Positions 24,010-36,853 of a stretch of 64,000 nucleotides of DNA are shown here, in pieces (within the stretch, counting starts at the first letter, position 1; each line of letters opens with the position of its first letter). Origin of the DNA: Antedon mediterranea (lineage: Eukaryota; Animalia; Echinodermata); NCBI RefSeq assembly GCF_964355755.1, contig NC_092672.1:20101237-20165236 (forward strand), given 5' to 3'. A program made the translations under genes and the position numbers. A model generated the notes under the pieces. It was not told the DNA's origin and made no database searches. It saw nothing but the letters and a program-made list of their open reading frames with translations.

Positions 24010-27000
24010 ATAAAGTATCAAATACATTCTACAGTATTGTTTTATACCTGTTTGTTATATCATGTTGGTTTATCTGTGGCTTTCTATTTAATAAAGTGTA
24101 TCAAATACAGTATTGTTTTATACCTGTTATATCATGTTGGTTTATCTGTGCCTTTCTATTTAATAAAGTGTATCAAATACAGTATTGTTTTATACCTGTT
24201 ATATCATGTTGGTTTATCTGTGCCTTTCTATTTAATAAAGTGTATCAAATACAGTATTGTTTTATACATGTTATATCATGTTGGTTTATCTGTGGCTTTC
24301 TATTTAATAAAGTGTATCAAATACAGTATTGTTTTATACCTGTTATATCATGTTGGTTTATCTGTGCCTTTCTGTTTAATAAAGTGTAATACAGTATTGT
24401 TTTATACCTGTTATATCATGTTGGTTTATCTGTGCCTTTCTATTTAATAAAGTGTATCAAATACAGTATTGTTTTATACCTGTTATATCATGTTGGTTTA
24501 TCTGTGCCTTTCTATTTAATAAAGTGTATCAAATACAGTATTGTTTTATACATGTTATATCATGTTGGTTTATCTGTGGCTTTCTATTTAATAAAGTGTA
24601 TCAAATACAGTATTGTTTTATACCTGTTATATCATGTTGGTTTATCTGTGCCTTTCTGTTTAATAAAGTGTAATACAGTATTGTTTTATACCTGTTATAT
24701 CATGTTGGTTTATCTGTGGCTTTCTATTTAATAAAGTGTAATACAGTATTGTTTTATACCTGTTATATCATGTTGGTTTATCTGTGGCTTTCTATTTAAT
24801 AAAGTGTATCAAATACAGTATTGTTTTATACCTGTTATATCATGTTGGTTTATCTGTGCCTTTCTGTTTAATAAAGTGTATCAAATACAGTATTGTTTTA
24901 TACCTGTTATATCATGTTGGTTTATCTATGCCTTTCTATTTAATAAAGTGTAATACAGTATTGTTTTATACCTGTTATATCATGTTGGTTTATCTGTGGC
25001 TTTCTATTTAATAAAGTGTAATACAGTATTGTTTTATACCTGTTATATCATGTTGGTTTATCTGTGGCTTTCTTTTTAATAAAGTGTATCAAATACAGTA
25101 TTGTTTTATACCTGTTATATCATGTTGGTTTATCTGTGCCTTTCTGTTTAATAAAGTGTATCAAATACAGTATTGTTTTATACCTGTTATATCATGTTGG
25201 TTTATCTGTGCCTTTCTATTTAATAAAGTGTAATACAGTATTGTTTTATACCTGTTATATCATGTTGGTTTATCTATGCCTTTCTATTTAATAAAGTGTA
25301 TCAAATACAGTATTGTTTTAAACCTGTTATATCATGTTGGTTTATCTATGCCTTTCTATTTAATAAAGTGTATCAAATACAGTATTGTTTTATACCTGTT
25401 ATATCATGTTGGTTTATCTGTGCCTTTCTGTTTAATAAAGTGTATCAAATACAGTATTGTTTTATACCTGTTATATCATGTTGGTTTATCTGTGCCTTTC
25501 TATTTAATAAAGTGTAATACAGTATTGTTTTATACCTGTTATATCATGTTGGTTTATCTGTGCCTTTCTGTTTAATAAAGTGTATCAAATACAGTATTGT
25601 TTTATACCTGTTATATCATGTTGGCTTATCTATGCCTTTCTATTTAATAAAGTGTATCAAATACAGTATTGTTTTATACCTGTTATATCATGTTGGTTTA
25701 TCTGTGCCTTTCTGTTTAATAAAGTGTATCAAATACAGTATTGTTTTATACCTGTTATATCATGTTGGTTTATCTGTGGATTTCTATTTAATAAAGTGTA
25801 ATACAGTATTGTTTTATACCTGTTATATCATGTTGGTTTATCTGTGCCTTTCTGTTTAATAAAGTGTATCAAATACAGTATTGTTTAATACCTGTTATAT
25901 CATGTTGGTTTATCTATGGCTTTCTATTTAATAAAGTGTATCAAATACAGTATTGTTTTATACCTGTTATATCATGTTGGTTTATCTATGCCTTTCTATT
26001 TAATAAAGTGTATCAAATACAGTATTGTTTTATACCTGTTATATCATGTTGGTTTATCTGTGCCTTTCTGTTTAATAAAGTGTAATACAGTATTGTTTTA
26101 TACCTGTTATATCATGTTGGTTTATCTGTGGCTTTCTATTTAATAAAGTGTAATACAGTATTGTTTTATACCTGTTATATCATGTTGGTTTATCTGTGGC
26201 TTTCTATTTAATAAAGTGTATCAAATACAGTATTGTTTTATACCTGTTATATCATGTTGGTTTATCTGTGCCTTTCTGTTTAATAAAGTGTATCAAATAC
26301 AGTATTGTTTTATACCTGTTATATCATGTTGGTTTATCTATGCCTTTCTATTTAATAAAGTGTAATACAGTATTGTTTTATACCTGTTATATCATGTTGG
26401 TTTATCTGTGGCTTTCTATTTAATAAAGTGTAATACAGTATTGTTTTATACCTGTTATATCATGTTGGTTTATCTGTGGCTTTCTTTTTAATAAAGTGTA
26501 TCAAATACAGTATTGTTTTATACCTGTTATATCATGTTGGTTTATCTGTGCCTTTCTGTTTAATAAAGTGTATCAAATACAGTATTGTTTTATACCTGTT
26601 ATATCATGTTGGTTTATCTGTGCCTTTCTATTTAATAAAGTGTAATACAGTATTGTTTTATACCTGTTATATCATGTTGGTTTATCTATGCCTTTCTATT
26701 TAATAAAGTGTATCAAATACAGTATTGTTTTAAACCTGTTATATCATGTTGGTTTATCTATGCCTTTCTATTTAATAAAGTGTATCAAATACAGTATTGT
26801 TTTATACCTGTTATATCATGTTGGTTTATCTGTGCCTTTCTGTTTAATAAAGTGTATCAAATACAGTATTGTTTTATACCTGTTATATCATGTTGGTTTA
26901 TCTGTGCCTTTCTATTTAATAAAGTGTAATACAGTATTGTTTTATACCTGTTATATCATGTTGGTTTATCTGTGCCTTTCTGTTTAATAAAGTGTATCAA

Positions 27001-30000
27001 ATACAGTATTGTTTTATACCTGTTATATCATGTTGGCTTATCTATGCCTTTCTATTTAATAAAGTGTATCAAATACAGTATTGTTTTATACCTGTTATAT
27101 CATGTTGGTTTATCTGTGCCTTTCTGTTTAATAAAGTGTATCAAATACAGTATTGTTTTATACCTGTTATATCATGTTGGTTTATCTGTGGATTTCTATT
27201 TAATAAAGTGTAATACAGTATTGTTTTATACCTGTTATATCATGTTGGTTTATCTGTGCCTTTCTGTTTAATAAAGTGTATCAAATACAGTATTGTTTAA
27301 TACCTGTTATATCATGTTGGTTTATCTATGGCTTTCTATTTAATAAAGTGTATCAAATACAGTATTGTTTTATACCTGTTATATCATGTTGGTTTATCTA
27401 TGCCTTTCTATTTAATAAAGTGTATCAAATACAGTATTGTTTTATACCTGTTATATCATGTTGGTTTATCTGTGCCTTTCTGTTTAATAAAGTGTAATAC
27501 AGTATTGTTTTATACCTGTTATATCATGTTGGTTTATCTGTGGCTTTCTATTTAATAAAGTGTAATACAGTATTGTTTTATACCTGTTATATCATGTTGG
27601 TTTATCTGTGGCTTTCTATTTAATAAAGTGTATCAAATACAGTATTGTTTTATACCTGTTATATCATGTTGGTTTATCTGTGCCTTTCTGTTTAATAAAG
27701 TGTATCAAATACAGTATTGTTTTATACCTGTTATATCATGTTGGTTTATCTATGCCTTTCTATTTAATAAAGTGTATCAAATACAGTATTGTTTTATACC
27801 TGTTATATCATGTTGGTTTATCTATGCCTTTCTATTTAATAAAGTGTATCAAATACAGTATTGTTTTATACATGTTATATCATGTTGGTTTATCTGTGCC
27901 TTTCTGTTTAATAAAGTGTAATACAGTATTGTCTTATACCTGTTATATCATGTTGGTTTATCTGTGCCTTTCTGTTTAATAAAGTGTATCAAATACAGTA
28001 TTGTTTTATACCTGTTATATCATGTTGGTTTATCTGTGGCTTTCTATTTAATAAAGTGTAATACAGTATTGTTTTATACCTGTTATATCATGTTGGTTTA
28101 TCTGTGGCTTTCTATTTAATAAAGTGTAATACAGTATTGTTTTATACCTGTTATATCATGTTGGTTTATCTATGGCTTTCTATTTAATAAAGTGTAATAC
28201 AGTATTGTTTTATACCTGTTATATCATGTTGGTTTATCTGTGGCTTTCTATTTAATAAAGTGTAATACAGTATTGTCTTATACCTGTTATATCATGTTGG
28301 TTTATCTGTGCCTTTCTATTTAATAAAGTGTATCAAATACAGTATTGTTTTATACCTGTTATATCATGTTGGTTTATCTGTGCCTTTCTATTTAATAAAG
28401 TGTAATACAGTATTGTCTTATACCTGTTATATCATGTTGGTTTATCTGTGCCTTTCTATTTAATAAAGTGTATCAAATACAGTATTGTTTTATACCTGTT
28501 ATATCATGTTGGTTTATCTGTGCCTTTCTGTTTAATAAAGTGTATCAAATACAGTATTGTTTTATACCTGTTATATCATGTTGGTTTATCTATGGCTTTC
28601 TATTTAATAAAGTGTATCAAATACAGTATTGTTTTATACCTGTTATATCATGTTGGTTTATCTGTGCCTTTCTATTTAATAAAGTGTATCAAATACAGTA
28701 TTGTTTTATACCTGTTATATCATGTTGGTTTATCTATGGCTTTCTATTTAATAAAGTGTAATACAGTATTGTTTTATACCTGTTATATCATGTTGGTTTA
28801 TCTGTGCCTTTCTGTTTAATAAAGTGTATCAAATACAGTATTGTTTTATACCTGTTATATCATGTTGGTTTATCTATGGCTTTCTATTTAATAAAGTGTA
28901 ATACAGTATTGTTTTATACCTGTTATATCATGTTGGTTTATCTGTGCCTTTCTGTTTAATAAAGTGTATCAAATACAGTATTGTTTAATACCTGTTACAT
29001 CATGTTGGTTTATCTGTGGCTTTCTATTTAATAAAGTGTAATACAGTATTGTTTAATACCTGTTATATCATGTTGGTTTATCTATGGCTTTCTATTTAAT
29101 AAAGTGTAATACAGTATTGTTTTATACCTGTTATATCATGTTGGTTTATGTGTGGCTTTCTGTTTAATAAAGTGTAATACAGTATTGTTTTATACCTGTT
29201 ATATCATGTTGGTTTATGTGTGCCTTTCTATTTAATAAAGTGTAATACAGTATTGTTTTATACCTGTTATATCATGTTGGTTTATCTGTGGCTTTCTATT
29301 TAATAAAGTGTAATACAGTATTGTTTTATACCTGTTATATCATGTTGGTTTATCTGTGGCTTTCTGTTTAATAAAGTGTAATACAGTATTGTTTTATACC
29401 TGTTATATCATGTTGGTTTATCTGTGGCTTTCTATTTAATAAAGTGTAATACAGTATTGTTTTATACCTGTTATATCATGTTGGTTTATCTGTGCCTTTC
29501 TATTTAATAAAGTGTAATACAGTATTGTTTAATACCTGTTATATCATGTTGGTTTATCTGTGGCTTTCTATTTAATAAAGTGTAATACAGTATTGTTTTA
29601 TACCTGTTACATCATGTTGGTTTATCTGTGGCTTTCTATTTAATAAAGTGTAATACAGTATTGTTTAATACCTGTTATATCATGTTGGTTTATCTATAGC
29701 TTTCTATTTAATAAAGTGTAATACAGTATTGTTTTATACCTGTTATATCATGTTGGTTTATCTGTGGCTTTCTATTTAATAAAGTGTAATACAGTATTGT
29801 TTTATACCTGTTATATCATGTTGGTTTATCTGTGGCTTTCTATTTAATAAAGTGTATCAAATACAGTATTGTTTAATACCTGTTATATCATGTTGGTTTA
29901 TCTATAGCTTTCTATTTAATAAAGTGTAATACAGTATTGTTTTATACCTGTTATATCATGTTGGTTTATGTGTGCCTTTCTATTTAATAAAGTGTAATAC

Positions 30001-31270
30001 AGTATTGTTTTATACCTGTTATATCATGTTGGTTTATGTGTGCCTTTCTATTTAATAAAGTGTAATACAGTATTGTTTTATACCTGTTATATCATGTTGG
30101 TTTATCTGTGGCTTTCTGTTTAATAAAGTGTAATACAGTATTGTCTTATACCTGTTATATCATGTTGGTTTATGTGTGCCTTTCTATTTAATAAAGTGTA
30201 ATACAGTATTGTTTTATACCTGTTATATCATGTTGGTTTATCTGTGGCTTTCTATTTAATAAAGTGTAATACAGTATTGTTTAATACCTGTTATATCATG
30301 TTGGTTTATCTATAGCTTTCTATTTAATAAAGTGTAATACAGTATTGTTTTATACCTGTTATATCATGTTGGTTTATGTGTGCCTTTCTATTTAATAAAG
30401 TGTAATACAGTATTGTTTTATACCTGTTATATCATGTTGGTTTATGTGTGGCTTTCTATTTAATAAAGTGTGTGTAATACAGTATTGTTTTATACCTGTT
30501 ATATCATGTTGGTTTATCTGTGGCTTTCTGTTTAATAAAGTGTAATACAGTATTGTTTTATACCGGTTACATCATGTTGGTTTATCTGTGGCTTTCTATT
30601 TAATAAAGTGTAATACAGTATTGTTTAATACCTGTTATATCATGTTGGTTTATCTATAGCTTTCTATTTAATAAAGTGTAATACAGTATTGTTTTATACC
30701 TGTTATATCATGTTGGTTTATGTGTGCCTTTCTATTTAATAAAGTGTAATACAGTATTGTTTTATACCTGTTATATCATGTTGGTTTATGTGTGCCTTTC
30801 TATTTAATAAAGTGTAATACAGTATTGTTTTATACCTGTTATATCATGTTGGTTTATGTGTGGCTTTCTATTTAATAAAGTGTGTGTAATACAGTATTGT
30901 TTTATACCTGTTATATCATGTTGGTTTATCTGTGGCTTTCTGTTTAATAAAGTGTAATACAGTATTGTTTTATACCTGTTACTTCATGTTGGTTTATCTG
31001 TGGCTTTCTATTTAATAAAGTGTAATACAGTATTGTTTAATACCTTTTATATCATGTTGGTTTATCTATAGCTTTCTATTTAATAAAGTGTAATACAGTA
31101 TTGTTTTATACCTGTTATATCATGTTGGTTTATGTGTGCCTTTCTATTTAATAAAGTGTAATACAGTATTGTTTTATACCTGTTATATCATGTTGGTTTA
31201 TCTGTGGCTTTCTATTTATTAAAGTGTGTGTAATACAGTATTGTTTTTAACTCTTATATTATGTTGGTTG
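24010..31270. repeat. 7.2-kb satellite of ~100 monomers of 72/68 bp with higher-order structure
   Basis: Monomer aataaagtgta(tcaa)atacagtattgttttatacctgttatatcatgttggtttatctgtg(c/g)ctttct(a/g)ttt. Rare variants recur at 1412-bp spacing. Confidence 0.98.
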
Positions 31271-32399
31271 GACTATCTATTTTAATAAACTGTGTCAAAC
31301 ATGATGTAAAGTAACTTTTGTTTGGTTCATCTGTTGCCCCTGGCTGTTGTTTGAACTTAGACTACATTAATCTAATAACCTTTGCCTTAGTTTACTGTTT
31401 GTTTGTCACCCTATTATTCTCCTTAGTAATATCATATCTGATAAACTTATAGCAAATATTAAACCAGGCTTTGTTGCACTATTGTAGCATTAAATATAGT
31501 GGGTTTATTTATATACTTTTTTAAACACTCTGAAATTCACAGTACACTTTTTTCAGTTTGTCTTCTGTCTTTATACAATTTTGTTTAAATATTATTATTA
31601 ACCAAATTACAAAATAGTATATAATTTACTTTATTATTATTTAAATCCAAAGTTGTTTAAATAATAAGTCTTTTATCACAATGTCTTATTAGCATTTTTT
31701 TTTTAAATTTCAACTCCGTATTTTTATTTTAAAACAAGCTAATTTATTATTATGCCTGATTGCTGAATTTATTATTATATTTGACCAATAACTGTCTTCA
31801 GTATTGCTGAAGCCAGAGTAGTGTTATTTTGCTTTCCTTCTCAGTGCAGTCAAAATTGTGCCGCTCATGCCTCCATGTTGTAACCATTGTCATGAGTTTA
31901 ACAATAATCGGTTAAATGTAAAACTAAACAATGGAAACACTCAGTTCCTGTTACTACTAATATCATTAATAATGTTTATTTACTAAAACCTTGTATGAAC
32001 CTCGTCTCATTTATTTTATTATAGTATTTTGTCTAATTTCAAGTAAAAATATATTGCATAATTTTCACAAGACCTTAATCAGTCATTATTAGAGTTTACC
32101 TGAGGTACCTTGATACACCTTGTTTGCTTTACCTAAAATGGTAATTCACGTTGGTTTGTAGTTCTAATCAACTATATGATAAGAACAAAGCAAACACTAA
32201 GTCACGCTATGTTGTAATTTGTATAGAATCCATTGAATTGCACTGGTTATCACTATATAAATAATGATATAAAAGTGTTTGGTCTTCTGTACAACAACCA
32301 CTTGCATTCAACTTTTGAAGAGGAAACGTTGCATATTTTGGATTTATTTTATTTTAGCATTACCACTGTAAGTGTACATAGTACTTGTAGGTCTAAATA

Positions 32400-32588
32400 A
32401 TGTTATAACATTATTTGATAGAGAAAGCATTGATTGAGGAAATTGTTGATAGAGGAGACATTGGATTATATATTTACTCTATTTCAACATCATGTTATAA
32501 CATTATTTGATAGAGAAAGCATTGGTTGAGGAAATTGTTGATAGAAGAGACATTGTATTATATATTTACTCTATTTCAACATCATGTT
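32400..32588. repeat. ~92-bp tandem duplication
   Basis: atgttataacattatttgatagagaaagcattg...atttcaacatc occurs twice. Confidence 0.9.
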
Positions 32589-32910
32589 CAGTACTTGTAC
32601 CGTATTTATATTTGTTACTTTCAAAATTAGAGGGAGGGATGCTTTTATTTAGGAAAAGGGTAATTTAATGCCACAACAGTCTATAGATGATTCTAATGAT
32701 ATGTTGCTTCATCAACTTTGCTGTTGTCATGAGCTGTTATCACTAAGTATCTACCTTTAATATTCAAGTAACTCGTAATCATCTATTTTGTAATGTGTGT
32801 GTTACTTTAATTTAAACTCTACAAATTTTGAATTGACAAATTGTTTTTATTTTAATTCATTTTAAACATTATACATTGTTTCTGCCTTTTTTTAATTTAG
32901 CAGAATTGCA

Positions 32911-32964
32911 ATGGATTTCATCAAACAAGAACTTCTTGATCTTTGTGCATTCAATGGCATTCAG
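32911..32964 (+). CDS. Ankyrin-repeat protein, first visible coding exon (MDFIKQELLDLCAFNGIQ)
   Basis: Polypyrimidine tract plus tttag acceptor ending at 32900 (NAGNAG with cag). ATG at 32911, donor CAG|GTAGGC at 32965, phase 0, splices in frame to the next exon. The ATG may be internal because the frame is open to the acceptor. Confidence 0.65.
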
Positions 32965-33614
32965 GTAGGCAAGTTTACACTGTTTTAGTATAATACAATT
33001 TAACCAGCAACAATTAACTAGCAATACTAGCTCATTAGCAACTTAATAAATTGTTCTATTAGCTAATGCGCTGGAAATGGAAGAGATATAAAGCAAGTAA
33101 CTAAATGAATTAAAAGTCACAATATGGCAGTATAAAATAGGGTCACAACAACTTCAACTTACAGTGCCATAATGGATCACAATGATCATTGTAGTGCTTA
33201 TAAATACTCGTGGCTCATTTGATGGGATTGTTTTGTTTATTTATTTGATCAGCATGACATCAATACAATACATGCAATAAAATATATGAAAGATGAAAAA
33301 TGCTGGGCAGGGGCAGCTTAAGCAAAATACATTGCTGTAAATCAAACAAGCCAGCTACCCTTCATACAAAAATAAATATTTAAAAAATAATTAAATTCAA
33401 ATTTCAAATTTTTCTATAAAAATGTCTACAAAATTTAGAACAAGAAGAAAAAAAACTTATTTATTTGGGCAATCTAATATTTTATGATAATATTATAATA
33501 TAATGGCTGTAATTTAATACAACATGGAATGTATGTTGTCTATGTTTACTATAGTATGTATTTTAATGAAAAATGTAACTGATTGCATATTGATCTATAT
33601 GTTTTATTTCATAG

Positions 33615-33689
33615 ATTGCAAGAGAAAGAACTGCTGAAGAAATTTTCCATTTCATTGTCAGCAACAATGCTGTCAATATCAAGAACCAG
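33615..33689 (+). CDS. Ankyrin-repeat protein exon (IARERTAEEIFHFIVSNNAVNIKNQ)
   Basis: tttcatag acceptor, 75 nt open in phase 0, CAG|GTATAC donor. Ends in VNIKN, the typical lead-in to an ankyrin repeat. Confidence 0.7.
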
Positions 33690-33900
33690 GTATACATCAA
33701 TTTGTTTTCCTTTGTAATGAATTTGATAATACAAACCTTAAATTACTTGACACTATTTAAAGTGCATCAATACTAATTTGTTTTTAAGATCTTTTATACT
33801 GTAAGTGTTCTCTGGTTGCATATTTGTAGTTAACATTCACACTGATTGTTAAAAGCATCATATTTGTTTCACTTCTTGAGTATTTTTTAGTGTTAAAAAG

Positions 33901-34088
33901 TATATTGTGTGTTTATAGCTTATATTAGCTGTATGTTAGATGGTTTGTATATTGTGTGTTTATATCTTATCTTAGCTGTATGTTAGATGGTTTGTATATT
34001 GTGTGTTTATATCTTATATTAGCTGTATGTTAGATGGTTTGTATATTGTGTGTTTATATCTTATCTTAGCTGTATGTTAGATGGTTTG
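33901..34088. repeat. 47-bp minisatellite, 4 copies
   Basis: Unit tatattgtgtgtttatatcttatcttagctgtatgttagatggtttg at 33901, 33948, 33995 and 34042. Confidence 0.95.
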
Positions 34089-34276
34089 TCAATATAATTT
34101 AGTACATTAGTCTTTCAGTACAATTTGCTTAGACAATTTGATTGGCTAATACCGGATTTGAATAATGGCTTGGTAACTCAATCCCCTGTAATTGTAATTA
34201 ATTTTAGAATCTGAACAATGATATAATTATTCATCTGTTGAACAAATAACTAAACTAACTTCATAAGAAATATACA

Positions 34277-35255
34277 TCACTGAAAAAAAATACAACGCAC
34301 AAGGCAGTGAAAAAAAGGATGAACATGTGTCAAACACTTCTATCTATACGGCCATAATGCGTTGAAACACCGGTTCTCGTCAGATCACCGAAGTTAAGCA
34401 ACGTTGGGCCCGGTTGCGTTCTGGATGGGAGACCGTCTAGAAATCGTGGCGGGTGCTGTATATACTGGAGAGTGATGGTGTAATGGTAATATCGGACTAG
34501 CATGTGATAGGCATGGGTTCGAGGTTATCTGTACCATACTAATTGCATCCTTAGGAAAGATGCTTTACTCTCATTGCCTAATCTGGTAGGCGCTGCACTG
34601 CTGGCTGCCGTGGGTCCGTGGAGGGCCTAATCCGAATTTCCTCACTGAGGACAAATATTAATACAAAATATAAAAAAAAAAAAATACAAAATATCCACAT
34701 TGGACCCCTTGTACAAATAACAAAACATAAAAACACAAACATTTAGGATACACCAATAGCTGAAATGGTACTATTTTCAATTTCATATATAAAGCACACA
34801 GACGCAACATACCAACATTTACGACCTGGCCACAACAAGCATAATGGAGGTACACACCTAATTGGTGACAGTGGCTAAGGCTGCTTTTGTGCTTTCCTAC
34901 ATTGTCATTCATGCTTATATTAACAAATAATGCCTATTGTTTTCTCTCTCTCTTTTGAATATAGATTACTTTTTAAAGGCACATAATTTAGCTCATCAAC
35001 TTTTGTATTTTTGTTTTATGAACAAATTTCACACAGCAGTTTCATTTATTAAACTTTATCACTGAAAGAAAAATACAAGGCACAAGGCAGTGAAAAAAGT
35101 GATGAACAGGTGTCAAACACTTCTATCCACATTGGACCCCTTGTACAAATAACAAAACATAAAAACACAAACATTTAAGATATAAAAATAGCTGAAATGA
35201 TTCTATTTTAAGTTTCATATATAAAGCATGCAACATGCCTTCATTTACAACCTGG
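34277..35255. repeat. Local duplication (34277-34830 with SINE vs 35059-35255 without)
   Basis: tcactgaaa...gcacaaggcagtgaaaaaa...caaacacttctatc|cacattggaccccttgtacaaataac is present in both copies. Confidence 0.9.
34345..34691 (+). mobile_element. SINE with 5S-rRNA-derived head, tRNA-like segment, conserved core and LINE-like tail
   Basis: 34345-34462 follows metazoan 5S rRNA (acggccata..caccggttctcgtc.gatcaccgaagttaagc..tggatgggagacc, boxes A and C). Then TGGTGTAATGG and GGTTCGA boxes, tccttaggaaagatgctttactctcattgcc core, aatttcctcactgagg hairpin and A-rich tail. TATC duplicated at both ends. Confidence 0.85.
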
Positions 35256-35434
35256 ATTTCACACAGCAGTTTGAAACAAACAATTCAATTTTCCATTTAT
35301 AAAATGTACCATAACATTAACAAATTAACAAAACCTAACCATTAAAAAAAAAAAACACCTAAAACATGGTAGAACACTGGAGGCCTTTTGTTTCCCCTTC
35401 CACCACCAGTTCCTGTGGCTGATTGTTCAAACTT

Positions 35435-35520
35435 TATATGATCATTTATATGATCATCCCAACATAGGTCTGATGCTATTTTGACACCGAGATTAGTTTG
35501 TGTTTTCTCAAAGATACAAC
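35435..35520 (-). mobile_element. Tiny CR1-like LINE RT fragment
   Basis: Translation TNLGVKIASDLCWDDHI matches the xLGVxIxxDLxWxxHI motif. Confidence 0.5.
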
Positions 35521-36142
35521 CATTCTTCTGATAAAAATATGTGATGAGATGTTTATCATGTGATATAGAAATAATTTGAACATTAATTTTCCATGTTACT
35601 GCATTGAATAAGAACATCATGTCCATCTGAGGCAAATGACAGTCATCAATGTTAATGATTGACTTGTAACATTTTCCCTATTTAAAATATACGTCATGAA
35701 CCAATCATGCAAATTAATATAGATATTGACACAAAGTACTTGTACTTGTAGTAGTTATCAACATGTTGGTGCACTACCCACTGCTTCTTGAGGCTGACAT
35801 CCAACCCTATCAGCTCAAGCTCTGTGTTGTATACAGATTTAACCACCAGACTAGTGACTGTTTTATTACTACAGTATTACTATTTTATTATTGTATTCAA
35901 TTATTCAAGACCCAACAGTGTATCAAAACACCAATACAGGATCAAAATAAAAGTACAATATAACATATTTACATGATAAAAATATTTACATAATTAAGAA
36001 ACTATTCATTAAACATTAACAATTCAACAGATTTAATTATTCAAGTTATTTAAAATGACATTAAATGCTGTATAAGTATTAATGTGTAAGTATTACAACT
36101 AAAAATATCAATGTTAGGAAAAATTTAACTAGATCATTATAA

Positions 36143-36307
36143 AGCTCTGTTTACACTATCAAACTTTATGTGACAAAAAAATGTGATGTGCCCATATATG
36201 GACAAAATGATGCCACATCACCACCATATTTGGGCAATTCACCACCATATTTGGGCACATCACACATTTTTTTGTAAATCTAGTCTAGTGATAGTGTAGA
36301 CATAGCT
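36143..36307. mobile_element. Harbinger-type MITE
   Basis: TIRs AGCTCTGTTTACACTATCA / TGATAGTGTAGACATAGCT. Internal inverted tgtgatgtgccca / tgggcacatcaca. TAA and GAA flanks. Confidence 0.75.
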
Positions 36308-36853
36308 GAAGTTGAGCAACATGACAGAAAGAACTGTTTTTACTATATAACAGGCACAGAACATGAGTTTTAAACCGCCTGATTATATACTGAAATTTGA
36401 TTAATTAATTTGAAACAATAAAGATGAGGAAACATAAGAATATTTAAATTACAAATAAATTGACATTTAGTCCTTATGACACTCAAATCTTAAAACATTC
36501 AAATCCTCTCAACATTTTAAAAATTCTATAAGAATAATATTTAATATAATGTTGTTTTACTCTACTATCACTTTGTTCTATATTTATTTTACTACATGTT
36601 TGTGTCTTTGTTTTTCTAATTCTGAAATATTTAAAGTTATTGGTGAACTGTACACAGTAGGCACATTGTAAATAAGCTATAGAAATTGATACCAAGAACT
36701 ATGTTTATCCTCTTTCTTTTAGAGAATCAAGAGGGATTTTGTGGATGGATGTCCTCAATAATCCTCATTATGGGATTATTTTAAAAATGTGTTAGCATTG
36801 TGAAAATAAACAAACCATGTTCACAAGAAGAAAATGTTGTGAATGAAATCATT

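Noticed and set aside
24037-28819. Many repetitive ORFs (YLIKCIKYSIVLYLLYHVGLS.. and YQIQYCFIPVISCWF..)
   Set aside because: By-products of a 72-bp monomer divisible by 3. They break at each 68-bp monomer and have no splice or start context.
24010-31270. CRISPR-like appearance of the array (also 8958-9390 and 37263-37605)
   Set aside because: Units are repeated in full with no unique spacers, there are no cas genes, and the context is eukaryotic.
34345-34462. Functional 5S rRNA gene
   Set aside because: Diverged, lacks the oligo-T terminator, is fused to a SINE body and is absent from the paralogous empty site.
34467-34540. tRNA gene
   Set aside because: Only A/B-box-like motifs are present, with no convincing cloverleaf. 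It is part of the SINE.
36723-36790. Acceptor-like site (tttcttttag) as an extra ankyrin exon
   Set aside because: The phase-0 frame reaches a stop after 12 codons, with no ankyrin motif and no donor.
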